Source: Trichormus sp. ATA11-4-KO1 (GTDB taxonomy: Bacteria; Cyanobacteriota; Cyanobacteriia; Cyanobacteriales; Nostocaceae). From it: 64,000 bases of DNA. How positions within the stretch are numbered: the first letter of the stretch is position 1; every line of letters begins with the position of its first letter. The position numbers were made by a program, and so were the translations under genes. The notes beneath the pieces are model-generated. The model did no database searches, was not told the origin of the DNA, and saw only the letters and a program-made list of their open reading frames with translations. Shown here piece after piece: positions 18,642 to 29,044 of the stretch. The stretch covers positions 32,001-96,000 of the forward strand of contig JAHHIM010000012.1 of NCBI GenBank assembly GCA_019358915.1. The letters run 5' to 3'.

Positions 18642-18660
18642 CGTTAGAGACGTTTATTTG

Positions 18661-18732
18661 AACCACTGTTAGCGTAATTTCCCAAGTGGTATTAGACAAT
18701 AGCCACTTTTGTGATTTAATAGCAGTCCACTT
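18661..18732. promoter_or_regulatory. Probable MocR/GabR operator (repeated CCACT/AGTGG boxes) in the divergent promoter
   Basis: AACCACT, AAGTGG, AGCCACTT and GTCCACTT in direct and inverted arrangement, as is typical of MocR sites. Confidence 0.45.
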
Positions 18733-18745
18733 TCATTGCTGGATT

Positions 18746-20212
18746 ATGGATTTAGCGATCGCCCTTGATAGTAATTCCCCTCTACCTCTGCATCAGCAGC
18801 TATATCAAGAACTGCGTCAAGCCATTTTCAATGGGCGATTGTCGCCTGGAGTGCGGATTCCTTCCACGCGATCACTAGCCAAATCTTTGAGTATTTCTCG
18901 CACTACTGTCACCCAAAGCTATGAACAACTCTTGAGTGAGGGTTATTTAACAACTGTTTTGGGTTCCGGGACGTTTGTCTGCGCTCAACTTCCTGATGAC
19001 TTGCTGCATTCTACACCGATAGCATCGAGCCAAATAATTACTCGTCCGCCAGTTAAATTAAATCGATATGGTCAGGTTTTGTCCAAGACAGAGGATTTAC
19101 CGAGAATTCCCGCACCTAATACCCCAATTAACTTTCGCTACGGACAACCAGCTATAGACCAATTTCCTTTGAAGTTGTGGCGCAGATTACTATCACGTTA
19201 CTTTTACAAAGATTTGAGTTGGCTGGATTATTCCACACAACCCTTGGGTTATCAACCTTTGCGGGAGGCGATCGCTCGTTATCTATCCAGTTCCCGTGCT
19301 GTTAAGTGTGAGGCGGATCAAGTACTGATTGTCAATGGTACTCAGCAAGCACTTGATTTAATTGTCCGATTGTTAATTGAGCCTGGGGATATCATTGCAA
19401 TGGAAGACCCTGGTTATATGAGCGCACGTTTAATATTTCAGACTCAAGGCGCTGAACTCTTACCCATTACCGTTGATGAATCAGGTTTGATGGTGAAAGA
19501 ACTGGTAAACTCTACCAAAAAACCCATTTTGCTTGTCTATGTAACACCTTCCCACCAATTCCCCACAGGAGCAATTTTATCTTTACCTCGCCGTTTAGAA
19601 CTACTAGCTTGGGCGCAGCAAACCGGAGGATTGATTATTGAAGATGACTATGATAGTGAATATCGCTATGGTGACAGACCAATTCCGGCTCTACAAGGCT
19701 TGGATCGCAGTGATTCAGTGCTGTATATTGGGACTTTTTCCAAAGTGCTGTTTCCCGGATTACGGATTGGTTATTTAGTATTACCTAAGAATTTAGTTGC
19801 TTTATTTGCCCGTGCTAAATGGTTAAGCGATCGCCACCTGCCTATACTAGAACAGCAAGCACTTGCAGACTTCATCACCGAAGGACACTTAGAACGTCAT
19901 ATTAGAAAAATGCGATCGCTTTATGAACGGCGTTGTCAAGTCCTGGTTCAGGCGTTAAATGTTTACCTTGGAAAAAAAGCCACCATTTTAGGAGAAAAGG
20001 CGGGAATTCATTTAATGGTAAAATTGCACAGCCATCTCAGTGATGAAGAAATCATACAATATGCTACCCAAATGGGTGTGGGGATTATGTCTGCCAAACC
20101 ACAGTATCTGCAACCCCACAGCACAGGTGAGTTTATTTTCGGCTACGGCGAACTAACAGAACAGCAATTAGTGGAAGGTATTCGCAGATTAGCACCAATC
20201 TTCACCGCATGA
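18746..20212 (+). CDS. MocR/GabR-family GntR regulator with PLP aminotransferase domain
   Basis: wHTH (PSTRSLA...SRTTV), VTPSHQFPTG, IEDDYDSE, GTFSK. Confidence 0.93.
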   Translation: MDLAIALDSNSPLPLHQQLYQELRQAIFNGRLSPGVRIPSTRSLAKSLSISRTTVTQSYEQLLSEGYLTTVLGSGTFVCAQLPDDLLHSTPIASSQIITRPPVKLNRYGQVLSKTEDLPRIPAPNTPINFRYGQPAIDQFPLKLWRRLLSRYFYKDLSWLDYSTQPLGYQPLREAIARYLSSSRAVKCEADQVLIVNGTQQALDLIVRLLIEPGDIIAMEDPGYMSARLIFQTQGAELLPITVDESGLMVKELVNSTKKPILLVYVTPSHQFPTGAILSLPRRLELLAWAQQTGGLIIEDDYDSEYRYGDRPIPALQGLDRSDSVLYIGTFSKVLFPGLRIGYLVLPKNLVALFARAKWLSDRHLPILEQQALADFITEGHLERHIRKMRSLYERRCQVLVQALNVYLGKKATILGEKAGIHLMVKLHSHLSDEEIIQYATQMGVGIMSAKPQYLQPHSTGEFIFGYGELTEQQLVEGIRRLAPIFTA

Positions 20213-20636
20213 GATCAGGGGAGGCGATTTCCTAACTTAAGCATCCACCAAAGAACTACAGCAAGAAATAAAGCGTTTAAAAGTCAGCAGAGATTTAGAT
20301 AGCACTAATTCATCGAAACCTCCGTCTGGAGACATCCTGAAATTCCTCCTGGTCGGTCTGTCATTGATTTTTTTTGCACAGGCTCTAATTGCTAATTCTA
20401 ATAAATGTTAGTCTGTCTCGTCCTTCTTTGCTTCCCCAATATTAGAACTGAATCCTTACGTTTAGCCCTTTTCGCTTTCTGATTAAGATAGAATCATAAA
20501 ATGTACCGATAGCCTTTAAAGATATTCAAGTTTAAGCTTTGGTAATTGCTAAGAATTTAGCAAAATTTTGTATTCTATCTTACATATATTATAACAATAC
20601 ATACTTGCTTTGTTCATTTAGCTTTATTTACCAACA

Positions 20637-22718
20637 ATGGCATCAAACTTACTAACTGACAGTCCTATTATTGCATTTACAATTCTCCTGACAGTAATTT
20701 TTACTGTCCCCCCTATATTTGAGCGGCTGCGAGTACCTGGATTAGTAGGTTTGCTGGTAGCTGGTGTGGTGCTTGGGCAAAATGGGTTAAAGCTTTTAGA
20801 CTCTAACTCTGAAACTGTCAGACTACTCTCAGATATTGGCAAAGTTTATTTAATGTTTGTAGCAGGTCTAGAAATTGACCTAGGACAGTTCCGTAAAACT
20901 AAGAATCGCTCAATTGGGTTCGGTATTCTAACATTCTTAGTTCCCTTAATTACTGGTATTCTTGTAGGGCAATTCTTTAATTTCGGTTGGAATACTTCCG
21001 TTCTAATTGGTTCTTTACTAGCCTCACATACTCTCCTGGCATATCCTATTGTCAGCCGTCTGGGAGTTGTGATGAACGAAGCTGTAACAGTTACGGTTGG
21101 TGCCACAATTTTTACTGACACAGGTGCTTTGTTAGTCTTAGCAATTTGTGTGGGTATTCATGAAGGCGAATTCTCTGTCTTGAGTTTAGTAACTTTGTTA
21201 GGTGGATTAGCGATTTACTCTGTTGCTGTGTTATTTGGCTTTGACTGGGCAGGTAAAGAGTTTTTTCGACGTTCTGGGGATGAACAAAGTAACCAATTTT
21301 TATTCATATTATTAGCATTATTTTTGGCATCTGTAGGAGCGCAGATAGTTGGAGTCGAAAAAATTGTTGGCGCATTTTTAGCAGGTTTGGCAGTCAACGA
21401 TGTTCTGGGGCGTAGCCCAGTCAAAGAAAAAATTGAATTTATTGGTAGTGTTTTATTTATCCCTTGTTTTTTTGTAGACATGGGACTGTTGATTAATATT
21501 CCTGCATTTATCAAAACCCTCAGTTCAATTTGGCTAACTGTCGTAATTGTAGTAGCTTTGATTAGCAGCAAATTTATCGCGGCATTTTTAGCAAAACTCC
21601 TGTACCGCTACAACACGGCGGAAATGCTGACGATGTGGTCATTATCACTACCACAAGTAGCAGCCACTCTAGCAGCATCATTGGTCGCCTATCAAACTGT
21701 AAATTCTGCTGGTGAAAGGCTAATCAATGAAGGTGTCTTAAACAGTGTAATTGTTCTCATGTTAGTGACTTCAATTTTGGGTCCATTAATTACAGCCCGA
21801 TTTGCTGCATTGTTACAGCTTCCTCAAACAGATTTTGAAACAGAAAATCTTTCAACTTGGTGGGAAAGTTCTGAGGGTCAGCCATTAGAGCAAATCCACC
21901 ATCCATTCACTGTAGTAGTACCAATATATAACCCGCAAACCCAGCGTTATTTGCTAGAAATAGCAGCACTAATAGCTCATCATGAATCTGGAAAAATTGT
22001 GCCATTAGCTATTACTAAAGCCCATATTCATATGGACGATCCACAATTAATAACAGCACTTGAGCAAAGTCAGCAAAGATTGAAGTTAGCCAAAGAAATA
22101 AGTCAAGAATTTGATGTAGAAGTGTCAACAGCAATTCGGATTGATGATGATATAGCTTTGGCAATTAGTCGCGCCAGTCGAGAACAAAATGCCAGTTTAG
22201 TAGTAATGGGTTGGTCGCGCACAACAGGCTTGCGTGCCCGTTTATTTGGCAATGTAATTGATAGTGTTTTTTGGTCTTCTCATTGTCCAGTGGCAGTAAC
22301 ACGTCTGGTTAGTAGTCCTACCACAATCAAAAGAATTCTTGTACCAATTGGAGATTTAAGACCACAAACTATCAGCGCTTGGCGATTTGCCCAAATGTTG
22401 GCTGATGTTAATCAAGCAGAAGTGGTGTTATTGCATGTATCGGATCGCAACACTCCTGCTAATCTGGTAGAACAATTTACTCATCAATTGTCTGATATTG
22501 TTTCTAAAAGTCATTTACAAGTAAGTCCACATATCCAAATAATTACAGACGATGATGTTGCTAAAGTCATTATTCGGGAAGCTCAGGCATTTGATTTAGC
22601 AGTATTACGTTCTGTCCGTTATCGCACAACAGGTGGATTAGCTGTCAGCCAAGTAACAACGCAGGTAATTGCAGAGTTAACATGCTCTATTGTGTTGCTG
22701 GGAGAGGCTCATCTTTAA
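20637..22718 (+). CDS. CPA2 Na+/H+ antiporter with C-terminal USP-like domains
   Basis: LMFVAGLEID, ASHT and GAFLAG membrane domain plus a USP-like tail. Confidence 0.9.
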   Translation: MASNLLTDSPIIAFTILLTVIFTVPPIFERLRVPGLVGLLVAGVVLGQNGLKLLDSNSETVRLLSDIGKVYLMFVAGLEIDLGQFRKTKNRSIGFGILTFLVPLITGILVGQFFNFGWNTSVLIGSLLASHTLLAYPIVSRLGVVMNEAVTVTVGATIFTDTGALLVLAICVGIHEGEFSVLSLVTLLGGLAIYSVAVLFGFDWAGKEFFRRSGDEQSNQFLFILLALFLASVGAQIVGVEKIVGAFLAGLAVNDVLGRSPVKEKIEFIGSVLFIPCFFVDMGLLINIPAFIKTLSSIWLTVVIVVALISSKFIAAFLAKLLYRYNTAEMLTMWSLSLPQVAATLAASLVAYQTVNSAGERLINEGVLNSVIVLMLVTSILGPLITARFAALLQLPQTDFETENLSTWWESSEGQPLEQIHHPFTVVVPIYNPQTQRYLLEIAALIAHHESGKIVPLAITKAHIHMDDPQLITALEQSQQRLKLAKEISQEFDVEVSTAIRIDDDIALAISRASREQNASLVVMGWSRTTGLRARLFGNVIDSVFWSSHCPVAVTRLVSSPTTIKRILVPIGDLRPQTISAWRFAQMLADVNQAEVVLLHVSDRNTPANLVEQFTHQLSDIVSKSHLQVSPHIQIITDDDVAKVIIREAQAFDLAVLRSVRYRTTGGLAVSQVTTQVIAELTCSIVLLGEAHL

Positions 22719-22769
22719 AAGTGCTTTCTTCGTGAGTGCTGAGTATTATAAACCGCCATAGGTGAGAAA

Positions 22770-23930
22770 CTAACCAAATAATCGCTGCCAAGTTAACTGT
22801 TTCCTACCTTCATCCCAATGCCAGCGTAATAAATTGGCACATTGACTGGCAATAATTCCCGGTAAATTAATCGCTTGTCTAGGTGCATTGGTAGCTAAGG
22901 TGATGGCACTTTCTACGTCACAAATTCCCCACTTTACTAAATTTTGTACTCCCACCAATAAAGGTAAAGTCGTACCTGATAAAGTGCCATCTGATAATCT
23001 TGCAGTGCCATTTTTGACTTCAATTTGCCGGCTGTCCCAAGGGTAAACCCCATCGGGTAGCCCTAGGGGGGCGAGGGCATCGCTCACCAGAAACAGCCCT
23101 TGTGTTTGATTGCTAACGCAAAGTAGAATTTGCAGCATCGTGGGTGCAACGTGTTCCCCGTCAGCAATCAAACCACACATCACATGAGGATGGATAATTG
23201 CTGCCCCTAATAGCCCTGGTTCGCGGTGATGTAATGGGGGCATGGCGTTAAAAGCATGAGTTACCATTGTTGCACCTAGTTCAAAAGCACGTTGTGCTTG
23301 CGCTGTTGTTGCCTGGGAATGCCCTAAACTAACAGTAATGCCCAAAGAACGCAAATATGGAATTACTTTGTCAGTGGGGTCTAACTCTGGTGCTAAGGTA
23401 ATAACTTTGACAATGTGGGCATAATCACCTAAAACTATATTTACTTTGTCGATTGTGAGGGGTAATAAGTACTCGGCTGGGTGAGCGCCACGCTTTTGGT
23501 AATTCAAAAATGGCCCTTCTAGATGTACTCCCAGGATTTTGCTACCGGCTGTTTGATTAGCTAGAAAATCAGCAATTGTGGCAAGCGATCGCTGGATATT
23601 TTCTACGGAAGTAGTGACAATAGTTGGTAAAAAGCCATCAACTCCGACATCCCATAGAAATTGCGATACTTTTGCCAGTAGATGAGCATTTTTAGGTTGC
23701 AAATCGGGGAATGCTAATCCTAATGCCCCGTTAATCTGCAAATCAACTCCACCCAAAGAAATCCAGTCACCAGCTACATCTAAAAGGGGTGCATAACCTT
23801 GGGATCGCGTAGTCATGGGCCAAATTTGCTCAACTATACCCTCATGATTAACTGAGAGCCTCTGCAAATCTTGATAACCAGGTACTCGCGCATTGATGAT
23901 ATCTATGGGGTTTTGTGTTGCTTTGATCAT
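22770..23930 (-). CDS. nagA: N-acetylglucosamine-6-phosphate deacetylase
   Basis: HLEGPF, KRGAH, TLAPE, THAFNAM, IADGEH. Confidence 0.93.
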   Translation of the reverse strand: MIKATQNPIDIINARVPGYQDLQRLSVNHEGIVEQIWPMTTRSQGYAPLLDVAGDWISLGGVDLQINGALGLAFPDLQPKNAHLLAKVSQFLWDVGVDGFLPTIVTTSVENIQRSLATIADFLANQTAGSKILGVHLEGPFLNYQKRGAHPAEYLLPLTIDKVNIVLGDYAHIVKVITLAPELDPTDKVIPYLRSLGITVSLGHSQATTAQAQRAFELGATMVTHAFNAMPPLHHREPGLLGAAIIHPHVMCGLIADGEHVAPTMLQILLCVSNQTQGLFLVSDALAPLGLPDGVYPWDSRQIEVKNGTARLSDGTLSGTTLPLLVGVQNLVKWGICDVESAITLATNAPRQAINLPGIIASQCANLLRWHWDEGRKQLTWQRLFG

Positions 23931-23962
23931 GACATTAGTTAGAAAATTAAGTATAGCCGTAG

Positions 23963-24108
23963 TAGTCTGTCAATAAATCATGGAGGGATAAAGGAACGAA
24001 CCACAAAGGGCACAAAGAGCGCGTTCGCGTCAGCGTCTCGCAGAGAAGAAAGAGGAAAAAACAAGAATCAAAAATTGATTTATCCACCAAAATTACTTTG
24101 ACAGATTA
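23963..24108. mobile_element. 146-bp MITE with a 4-bp TSD, containing an SDR-like insert
   Basis: TAGTCTGTCAA ... TTGACAGATTA inverted ends, GTAG on both flanks. Confidence 0.55.
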
Positions 24109-24167
24109 GTAGTCACATAGGTGAGAACAGTGTTAATTGCTTAGAGTAATGAAGCAACTAGTTTTAT

Positions 24168-24198
24168 ACTCAGCACTCAGCACTCAGCACTCAGCACT
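24168..24198. repeat. STRR heptamer tandem (ACTCAGC)x4
   Basis: Read directly; same unit at 41554-41584 and 61603-61619. Confidence 0.9.
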
Positions 24199-24249
24199 TT
24201 GCTATAAATCTGACGGCAATTCACCCAAAATCTAAAATCCCAAATTAAC

Positions 24250-24774
24250 ATGGCTCCCCTTATCGGTATTATCATGGGCAGCGATTCAGACTTGCCCACC
24301 ATGAAAGACGCGATCGCAGTTTGTCAAGAGTTTGGCGTAGAAAGTGAAGTAGCGATCGTTTCTGCCCATCGTACTCCAGAACGCATGGTGCAATATGCCC
24401 AACAAGCTCACCAACGTGGTATTAAAGTGATTATCGCTGGTGCGGGTGGTGCAGCACATCTTCCCGGAATGGTGGCATCTTTAACCCCACTTCCTGTCAT
24501 CGGTGTTCCCATAGCTACCCGCAACTTACAAGGAATTGATTCTTTGTATTCAATTGTACAGATGCCAGGGGGTATCCCAGTGGCCACAGTTGCAATAGGT
24601 AACGCTAAGAATGCTGGGCTTTTGGCGGTGCAAATTCTGGCTACTCAGCAACCAGAATTACTAGAAAGAGTGCAACAATACCGCCAAAGTCTATCTGAAT
24701 CGGTAATTGCCAAGCAAGCAAAACTAGAACAACTTGGCTATGAAAAATATTTGCAACAAGAAGGTGACAGGTGA
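24250..24774 (+). CDS. purE: N5-CAIR mutase
   Basis: [22 protein letters not shown]. Confidence 0.97.
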   Translation: MAPLIGIIMGSDSDLPTMKDAIAVCQEFGVESEVAIVSAHRTPERMVQYAQQAHQRGIKVIIAGAGGAAHLPGMVASLTPLPVIGVPIATRNLQGIDSLYSIVQMPGGIPVATVAIGNAKNAGLLAVQILATQQPELLERVQQYRQSLSESVIAKQAKLEQLGYEKYLQQEGDR

Positions 24775-24788
24775 GAAGGGGGTAGAGG

Positions 24789-24919
24789 TAAGTAGGTAGG
24801 CACAAATAAAATCAACTATGTAAAGAAAAATGAATCAGCTTAAAACCCTCTTCCCTTCTGCCTCCTGCCTTCTGCCTTATGCCTTATCCTAGCGATAAAT
24901 TTTCCCACCCACCTACTTA
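24789..24919. mobile_element. MITE with TAAGTAGGT ends and internal TCTGCC(T) repeats
   Basis: TAAGTAGGTAGG ... CCCACCTACTTA inverted ends. Confidence 0.55.
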
Positions 24920-25290
24920 TCGTTTTTTTAGCTATCAAATAAAGTCTCTAGATGTTAATCAGAACTAACCAGCCAATATGAACTGCGTACATCAAAACTG
25001 ACGAAAATGTTTTTCCTTGGGACTTTTCACACAGCACTCAGGAAGGAAGCACTCAAGAAGCACTTTTCAGTCAGGGTGAGATGTATTTGGCGATTTTTGC
25101 CGTTTTTACTAGCAGTAAGTCAATATTGAAACATTGACTTGGAAGTAACAATTAATTCACCTTTTTTATATAAATTTAATAAACTTCTTGACTTTTCTAT
25201 CCTGAAATCAGAAAATGCTGACACTGTAAAGAATACAGTTGGTTGCTGCCAATACTTTAAGCCTCCTAAAAGAGTCAAAAAAATAAAATT

Positions 25291-25304
25291 GTATCCAATA
25301 ATAC
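25291..25304 (+). promoter_or_regulatory. NtcA binding site upstream of amt
   Basis: tGTA-TCCAATAA-TACa, a perfect GTA-N8-TAC; a second imperfect GTT-N8-TAC at 25539-25552. Confidence 0.7.
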
Positions 25305-25757
25305 AGAATTACATCATGTGTAAATAGAGAATCAGTCAAATTTATTCGCGATTCTACCAAGGTTGATCGAGGAAATCACTGTCATGATGCTGGTTTTTGG
25401 TAGCTCACAGTAGTAAAGTTGCTGTATTTTTAGCAACCCTATAATGTGAATTTTACGTAAATATTGGCAATTTTGGGCATTTCTCGTCCCAAAGCATGAT
25501 TATTTTCAAATTAAAGTTGAAGTAAAGGAGGTTTGATTGTTTCAGAAACTACAAAATAATTTCTTAAAAATATCCTCAAAATGTTTACAAATGTACCAAT
25601 AGTTTTCTAAACTCCTATTTGGGTTATTTAAATTTCGGCTTGGCAAACCAGTGGTATAAATGATTAATATCAAAAACCATTGGTTAAGATTTGGGCGTTA
25701 GGTTTTTTGGCTGAACTTGTTTTTCTATATCAAGGTTGGAGGATGTTATTCAAACCC

Positions 25758-27332
25758 ATGCACACACAAAAATCAAAAATCAAAAATAGGCGTTTATCTG
25801 CAAGAAACTACGCTAAAAGCAGTAAATTTAACTCAAAATTCCAAGAATTTAATCTAGGAATTAAAAGACTTTCTCCTAGTTGGCAAGCTTGTTTACCTTT
25901 AGCTTGTTTGATTGTTTTGGGTTGGGGTTATGTGGCAGTTGCCCAAACACCAGATGCGGGGCCAACAACAGCAGAACTCAAAGTTGCGCTTGATACTCTG
26001 TGGGTGGCGATCGCGGCATTTTTAGTATTCTTCATGAATGCTGGTTTTGGCATGTTAGAAACCGGTTTTTGTCGCCAGAAAAACGCTGTCAATGTTCTCT
26101 CAAAAAACTTGATTGTCTTTGCTTTAGCTAGCATTGCCTTTTGGGCAATTGGTTTTGGCTTAATGTTTGGTGATGGTAATAACTTCTTAGGAACCTCTGG
26201 GTTTTTCCTCACAGGAGCAGATAACAGTCCAGCAACAGGCGACGCTTATAAAGGTGTCTTCAGTGCCTTGAATTGGGCTGGTGTACCTTTAGCTGCCAAG
26301 TTTTTATTTCAATTGGCGTTTGCTGGAACAGCTGCCACAATTGTTTCCGGTGCAGTTGCCGAAAGAATTAAATTTGTTGACTTTTTAATCTTCAGCGTCC
26401 TACTTGTAGGTATTGCCTACCCTATAACCGGACATTGGATTTGGGGTGGTGGTTGGCTAAGTGAATTTGGATTCTGGGATTTTGCAGGTTCTACCGTTGT
26501 CCACTCAGTCGGTGGTTGGGCAGCCTTAATGGGAGCAGCTTTTCTTGGGCCACGTATTGGTAAATATCAAGATCGGCAAGTTGTGGCTTTACCCGGTCAC
26601 AATATGAGTATTGCCACATTAGGCTGTTTGATTCTGTGGTTGGGTTGGTTTGGTTTTAACCCTGGTTCCACAATGGCTGCTGATGCCGAGGCGATCGCCC
26701 ACATTGCTGTCACAACTAACATGGCAGCTGCTGCGGGTGGAATTGCCGCTACAGGTACAGCTTGGATTTACTTAGGTAAGCCAGACTTGTCAATGATTAT
26801 CAACGGTATTTTGGCTGGCTTGGTAGGGATTACAGCCCCCTGTGCTTTTGTCAATATTCCTGGTTCCTTAATAATTGGTTTCATTGCCGGAGTCATAGTA
26901 GTTTTTTCAGTAACACTGTTTGACAAAATCCGCATTGATGATCCAGTAGGAGCAACCTCAGTTCACCTAGTTTGTGGTATTTGGGGAACTCTGGCAGTTG
27001 GTCTATGGTCTGTTGGGCCTGGTGTTTATTCCTGGTATGGTGACGGTGCTGGCCCATCTGCGGGTTTATTTGCTGGTGGTGGCTTAGGACAATTCTTCAT
27101 TCAACTGGTTGGCGTTCTCGCTGTAGGTGGAATGACAGTTCTTCTCAGCAGTATCTTCTGGCTGATACTCAAGGCTCTCTTAGGTATCCGAGTCACGCGG
27201 GAAGAGGAATTAGAAGGTTTGGATATCGGCGAACATGGCATGGAAGCCTACAGTGGATTCCTCAAAGAGGCTACCCCTGGCGGATTTCCTGAAGGACATA
27301 GCTCAGCCGAAATAGCACCAGATAAATATTGA
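25758..27332 (+). CDS. amt: Ammonium transporter (Amt family)
   Basis: [40 protein letters not shown]; start codon uncertain. Confidence 0.95.
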   Translation: MHTQKSKIKNRRLSARNYAKSSKFNSKFQEFNLGIKRLSPSWQACLPLACLIVLGWGYVAVAQTPDAGPTTAELKVALDTLWVAIAAFLVFFMNAGFGMLETGFCRQKNAVNVLSKNLIVFALASIAFWAIGFGLMFGDGNNFLGTSGFFLTGADNSPATGDAYKGVFSALNWAGVPLAAKFLFQLAFAGTAATIVSGAVAERIKFVDFLIFSVLLVGIAYPITGHWIWGGGWLSEFGFWDFAGSTVVHSVGGWAALMGAAFLGPRIGKYQDRQVVALPGHNMSIATLGCLILWLGWFGFNPGSTMAADAEAIAHIAVTTNMAAAAGGIAATGTAWIYLGKPDLSMIINGILAGLVGITAPCAFVNIPGSLIIGFIAGVIVVFSVTLFDKIRIDDPVGATSVHLVCGIWGTLAVGLWSVGPGVYSWYGDGAGPSAGLFAGGGLGQFFIQLVGVLAVGGMTVLLSSIFWLILKALLGIRVTREEELEGLDIGEHGMEAYSGFLKEATPGGFPEGHSSAEIAPDKY

Positions 27333-27352
27333 TTTTGTTTGATTCAAGTTTT

Positions 27353-27476
27353 GGCGTTGCTGAATCAGAGTATGAAATTTCAAAATTACATTTCTGCAAC
27401 TCTTATTCTTTGCGCCTCTGCGTGTTAGCAAAGCGGGGCGTAGCTCGGCTACTTCATACATTCAATCAGCAACGCC
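27353..27476. mobile_element. Second MITE of the GGCGTTGCTGA-TIR family
   Basis: GGCGTTGCTGAATCAGAGTATGAA ... TTCATACATTCAATCAGCAACGCC; TSD degenerate. Confidence 0.8.
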
Positions 27477-27753
27477 AAATATTTTAATAATTCGTCCAAA
27501 ATGCATTACATCTTGGGCTGTTTTTATAGGCTTTTTCTTAACATTCAACAATTTCTGGGTAAATACTTTTGCTATGTCACAAATTATCGATTGAGTTCAA
27601 AAAGCAAAACTACCACCCACATAAATTTTAGCTTAGGCGTAAATGCTTTTTAGCGGCTTGCCGCAGGCGCAGGCATCGCGTTGCAAAAAATGTATAAAGT
27701 TGCTCTGAGAATTCATTCTTAGGCGTTTGTTGGGACTAGTGCAAGACAGAAGT

Positions 27754-28797
27754 TTACTTAAGTCTTTCGTAAGCAGCCAAGATAATTTTTTCAGTTTCAT
27801 CCCAACTAATACATTTATCAGTTACAGAGACACCATACTTTAATTCTTCTCGTTTACCAGTAATAGGTTGATTACCTTCATACAAATGTGATTCCAGCAT
27901 CATACCGACAATTGATGTATTACCATCAACTATTTGTTGAATTACATTTTCCAACACAGTAGATTGTAATTTGTAGTCTTTGTTGGTATTTCCGTGGCTA
28001 CAATCAATGACAATTCTTGGTGATAAATTTGCCTGTTTTAATTTTTCTTCGACCAATTGGACATTAGCTGCATCAAAGTTGGGCTGATTGCCACCTCTTA
28101 AAATAACATGACCATAGGTATTTCCTTTAGTTTGAAATACACTGACCTGTCCCTTATGATTAATTCCCAGAAAATTATGCGGGCTTTTCGCTGATTGTAG
28201 AGCATTTAATGCTACTTGAATATTACCATCAGTCCCATTTTTGAACCCTACAGGCATTGAAAGACCGCTTGCCATTTCACGATGGGTTTGTGATTCGGTC
28301 GTACGAGCGCCAATGGCAGACCATGTAATCAGTTCACTAATATATTGAGGTATAATTGGATCTAGTGCTTCTGTCCCAGCAGGTAACCCCATCTCGGCAA
28401 TTTTTAATAATAGGCTACGCGCAATTAATAAACCATTTTCTACATGGAAAGAATCATCCATATCTGGGTCATTAATCAATCCCTTCCATCCTACTGTTGT
28501 TCTAGGTTTTTCAAAGTATACCCTCATTATCAGTAGCAGTTTATCCTTAACTTGTTCAGACAAAACTTTCAGCTTTTGGGAATATTCCATTGCTGCTTGT
28601 GTATCATGAATTGAGCATGGGCCAACTACTATAAATTTCCTACGATCCTGAAAATCTAGTATGTTTTTTATTTCCTGTCTATGTTTCAAGACAGTTTGTT
28701 CAGCCAATTTTGTTAAAGGTAACCTTGATTTTACTTCGTTGGGGGTTAATAATACGTGAGAATTCTTGATGTTAGTGTTAAATAATTTATTGTGCAT
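27754..28797 (-). CDS. DAHP synthase, class I-alpha (AroF/AroG type)
   Basis: GPCSIHD, RVYFEKPRTTVGWKG, IGARTTESQ, DCSHGN. Confidence 0.95.
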   Translation of the reverse strand: MHNKLFNTNIKNSHVLLTPNEVKSRLPLTKLAEQTVLKHRQEIKNILDFQDRRKFIVVGPCSIHDTQAAMEYSQKLKVLSEQVKDKLLLIMRVYFEKPRTTVGWKGLINDPDMDDSFHVENGLLIARSLLLKIAEMGLPAGTEALDPIIPQYISELITWSAIGARTTESQTHREMASGLSMPVGFKNGTDGNIQVALNALQSAKSPHNFLGINHKGQVSVFQTKGNTYGHVILRGGNQPNFDAANVQLVEEKLKQANLSPRIVIDCSHGNTNKDYKLQSTVLENVIQQIVDGNTSIVGMMLESHLYEGNQPITGKREELKYGVSVTDKCISWDETEKIILAAYERLK

Positions 28798-29044
28798 AGA
28801 GCAGAACACGAGATTTTTGCTATTTTATTGATGAGTGAAAAATCAATATACATATTTTAAATCAAAAGTACAACATCAACTCAGGTAATTTTAAAATAGC
28901 AAGTTGTCTGCCTAACTAATTTATATTTTGACTGTTAGGTTAATAACTACGGATAACTAATTGTTTTCTTTTCATAACTTAAAAAGGGGAAATATACCCC
29001 TTTTCTAAGTTACTAGACTATAGTCACAGTACTAGTGTATTTTA

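Noticed and set aside
18436..18672. 78-aa + strand ORF
   Set aside because: Mostly MITE sequence, antisense to the disrupted GNAT gene
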